A DNA stretch of 64,000 nucleotides. Source: an uncultured virus (IMG/VR IMGVR_UViG_2875882051_000003). Taxonomy: Duplodnaviria > Heunggongvirae > Uroviricota > Caudoviricetes. The stretch lies in IMG/VR virus record IMGVR_UViG_2875882051_000003. One strand, written 5' to 3'. The position numbers were made by a program, and so were the translations under genes. This document shows, in pieces, positions 61,113 through 64,000 of this stretch; positions within the stretch are counted from its first letter, which is position 1, and every line of letters starts with the position of its first letter. The notes under the pieces are model-generated. The model did no database searches and was not told where the DNA came from. It saw only the letters and a list, made by a program, of their open reading frames with translations.

Positions 61113-61952
61113 ATGAAGAAAATAGTTGCTTTAATTGTTATTGTAAATTTCATTTGCAGGATAATTGGGTTTACTGTAAACATTAATGAAGTTGTCAGAG
61201 TTGATAATTTAATTGAAAAAGATAGATTGCAAACTATAAAAGAAAAAGGAACTCTTGCTGTTGCAGCTGCCTCAAGTGATCCACCGTTCTATTTTTTAGA
61301 TATTAACACTCAAAAGGTAAGAGGCATTGACGCAGATATAATAAATGAAATTTCAAATAGGCTTAAAATTAATAAAGTTGATTTTAAAAGCACAGTGTTT
61401 TCAGAATTATTACAAAGATTAAAAACTGACGAAAATATAGATATAGCATCTGGTGGAATGTATATAATTCCAGAGAGAGAGAAAGAAGCATCCTTTACTC
61501 ATCCATTATATGCGGAAACAGAGGCAGTTATAGTTCGAAAGGCATCAAAAATTAATTTCAAAGATGATTTGAAAAATGCAGTAGTTGGAGTAGAAAAAGG
61601 AACTATATACTTAGAATTAGTTCAAAAATGGAAGACTGCTGGCTTAATAAAAGACATAGAAATTTTTCAAAGCATATCTGAATTGCTAGATTCAATAAAC
61701 AATGGGAAAATAGATGCTGGTATAGCAGATTCACTTGTTGTAAACAAAGATTTAAAAGATAATACGAATCTTTTTTTAAAGACGCTAGATGATTATAGCC
61801 CGGAACTAATAGGGAATGTAGGAATAGCTGTTAGAAAAAATGATAATACTCTACTAAACGTACTAAATGAAAAGATTGATGAGATGAAAGCAGATGGAAC
61901 GATGTACGCAATTCTTAAAGAAAATGGATTAGATAAGAATAATATTGTGTAA
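61113..61952 (+). CDS. Polar amino-acid ABC substrate-binding protein (orphan)
   Basis: PPF, GIDADI, VGV.KGT, GIAVRK, M..DGT...I motifs. Confidence 0.85.
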   Translation: MKKIVALIVIVNFICRIIGFTVNINEVVRVDNLIEKDRLQTIKEKGTLAVAAASSDPPFYFLDINTQKVRGIDADIINEISNRLKINKVDFKSTVFSELLQRLKTDENIDIASGGMYIIPEREKEASFTHPLYAETEAVIVRKASKINFKDDLKNAVVGVEKGTIYLELVQKWKTAGLIKDIEIFQSISELLDSINNGKIDAGIADSLVVNKDLKDNTNLFLKTLDDYSPELIGNVGIAVRKNDNTLLNVLNEKIDEMKADGTMYAILKENGLDKNNIV

Positions 61953-62906
61953 ATTAAAGAACTGATATATGTTAGCAGTAGCTAGGAGTAATCCAACTAC
62001 TGCTTTTTTAGAATATTTAATGAGGGTAGATCATGAAAACTTTTTGAGGAATAGAAAAATATACGATAATATAACTGCTTATATCACTTTAATATATTAT
62101 GGCGTTTGGAAAAATGTTACTCGAATATTTGAATATATTAGTGCTCGAAAAAGTAAAAGCAGCAAATAGAAGGAATCTAATTACCGCTTTTTGTGAATTA
62201 ATATTATGCCAGTACTGTTGAGACTACTAGTTTTTTAGGAAATACTATTATATAACTAATATATTACAAGTTAAGGAAAATGTGATAAATGTAAATGAAT
62301 ATAAATTTAAAATAAAAAAGTTTGTATTTTTGTTAAAATATGTTATGATGTAATTGAGGCAATTAATAAAAAAAGCAAGTTGAGTTCTGATTAATAATTC
62401 CAGTATAAGGGGAGTAGAGAGAAATCTTTATTCCTCTTGTTCTTGTATATGCAAATATACAAGTTTGCATATTGTTATGTAATTAATCCAATATATTATG
62501 CAAGTTATAAATATAAATTGTGTTATTTATTTCAAAAGCAGTAGTCAGGAGGTCTCTAACTACCACTCTTTATATCAAAAATAAACAGGAAAGGTGATAA
62601 TAATTTCTGTTTATTTATACAAAAAAGATAATATGGCATGGAGAAAATGCCAATTATATTAATTAATATATTGTGTAGTAAGAAGAAATGTTACAAAATG
62701 AAAATTCATAGTTTTATTAAGTAACTGTAATTTTCAATAGAGATAGGGATTATACATAAAATATGATTCATTTAGGTATATATTTAGGATAAAAGTATCC
62801 AGCCATTAATATTATATTTAAGATTTCTAGATCTAGAGAAAAGAACAGAAGTTAAAATATTTATTATTGATCAATTATAAGACAAAGCAGTAAATGGAAG
62901 AAATAA

Positions 62907-63968
62907 TTATTGCTTTTGTGTTTTATATTCATGATAAGGCATATTAATTGTAACCCCAGTTTCATCAAATTTATAATTTGTACCTTGAAGCGGGTTTAAA
63001 TTATTAGCTAAATTCATTCCTATAACATAAAGAGCTTCAGCTGTTTCATTTGGATCTTGTGATACAGTACCAGACATAATGCCTCTATTAATTAAATCTG
63101 TAGCTTCTGGTATTCCGTCAATTCCGAAAACCGGAATATATTTTGATTTATCTCCTTTATTGTAACCATATGATTGCAATGCATTAATAGCGCCTATGGC
63201 CATAGCATCATTGTTTGAAATTATCGCTTCTATATTTTTCCCATAGGTTAAAAATAGCAGTCTAATGGAATCTTCTGCACATTTCTCGTCCCAATTACAA
63301 GTTTTTGATAGAATTTCTTGAGTTTTTATTCCAGATTGATTAACGGTAGAAATAGAATATAAACTTCTTGCAGTTGTGACTGTAATATTGTTTGGACCCT
63401 TTAGCATAATATATTGCAATATATTATCATTATTTTTATCAACAACATTTTTACTTGAATTCCATTCATTTGTAACAAGATCACCTTGTAAAATACCCGA
63501 TTGAATAGCATCGGTAGATATAACTAGAGCTTTATTATAAGATTTAATAGGAGCTGTTTCAAGGGGAACAGTATTAAATAAGATTATTGGAATATTTTTT
63601 TGTTTTGCTTTGTAGATAACTGATTCAACTGTACTTTGATTTAAATCTACCAAGTTTAGTAGCAAAAGATCATAATCACTTTGAAGTACCGAATCTAGAA
63701 GAGCATTTTGTATGTCTTGATTTCTTTTGCCATCATAAAATGTAAAGTCGACACTACTGGTATTTTTATTTTGAATTTCTTCTAGTCCTTTACGAACTAA
63801 AGAAATATAAGGATCATCAAAACTAAATAGTAACACAGCTGTTTTAATCTGCTTTTGTGGAACAGCTTGCGCAGTTGCACATTTATTGCTTGTAATGCTA
63901 TTGACAAAAGTAACAGTTATAAGAATTATGGCAAGAATAGACTTTAATATTCTTTTGAAATTTTTCAT
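62907..63968 (-). CDS. Galactose/glucose-type ABC substrate-binding protein (MglB-like)
   Basis: IPIILFN, NNDAMAIGA, VFGIDG, GTV.QD motifs. Confidence 0.85.
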   Translation of the reverse strand: MKNFKRILKSILAIILITVTFVNSITSNKCATAQAVPQKQIKTAVLLFSFDDPYISLVRKGLEEIQNKNTSSVDFTFYDGKRNQDIQNALLDSVLQSDYDLLLLNLVDLNQSTVESVIYKAKQKNIPIILFNTVPLETAPIKSYNKALVISTDAIQSGILQGDLVTNEWNSSKNVVDKNNDNILQYIMLKGPNNITVTTARSLYSISTVNQSGIKTQEILSKTCNWDEKCAEDSIRLLFLTYGKNIEAIISNNDAMAIGAINALQSYGYNKGDKSKYIPVFGIDGIPEATDLINRGIMSGTVSQDPNETAEALYVIGMNLANNLNPLQGTNYKFDETGVTINMPYHEYKTQKQ

Positions 63969-64000
63969 TAGTAGTCCTCCATAAAATCATATAAATATAT

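Noticed and set aside
389..61183. Many short track ORFs overlapping longer genes (e.g. 389..586, 44667..45146, 54074..54493)
   Set aside because: Shadow frames of well-supported genes, without RBS or motifs.
61969..62169. 66-aa ORF after the binding-protein gene
   Set aside because: It starts within a terminator-like hairpin and lacks an RBS.

Overview
AT-rich Clostridium-type DNA (C. beijerinckii group inferred from the cell-wall-binding repeats and orphan ABC substrate-binding genes). Most of the window is an apparently near-complete contractile-tailed (PBSX/Xkd-like) prophage: immunity switch at 17.1-18.4 kb, recombination and replication at 20-27 kb, late activator at 27.6 kb, packaging and head at 32.8-41 kb, tail and baseplate at 41-58 kb, lysis at 58-61 kb. 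No integrase lies next to the repressor. Instead there is a ~17 kb accessory and defence-like region encoding a patatin, a RosmerTA-like pair, an unannotated type I toxin-antitoxin locus, a subtilisin-nuclease fusion, GIY-YIG, AbiH, DUF2971, an NDT-like protein and TIR + SLATT proteins. The most striking signal is at 6.8-15.5 kb, where unrelated genes are separated by five copies of one bulged hairpin (ATRCCRCAA-n-ATTCA-GAAA-TGAAT-TTGTGGTRT). Each copy is followed by a -10 box 40-43 nt downstream, giving a repeat-delimited gene-cassette array. Features missing from the ORF track include a Spo0E-like gene, an ATA-start neck gene, a -1 frameshift, a nested scaffold start and repeated GEM motifs in the head proteins. 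All calls come from reading the sequence by eye; no database searches were run.
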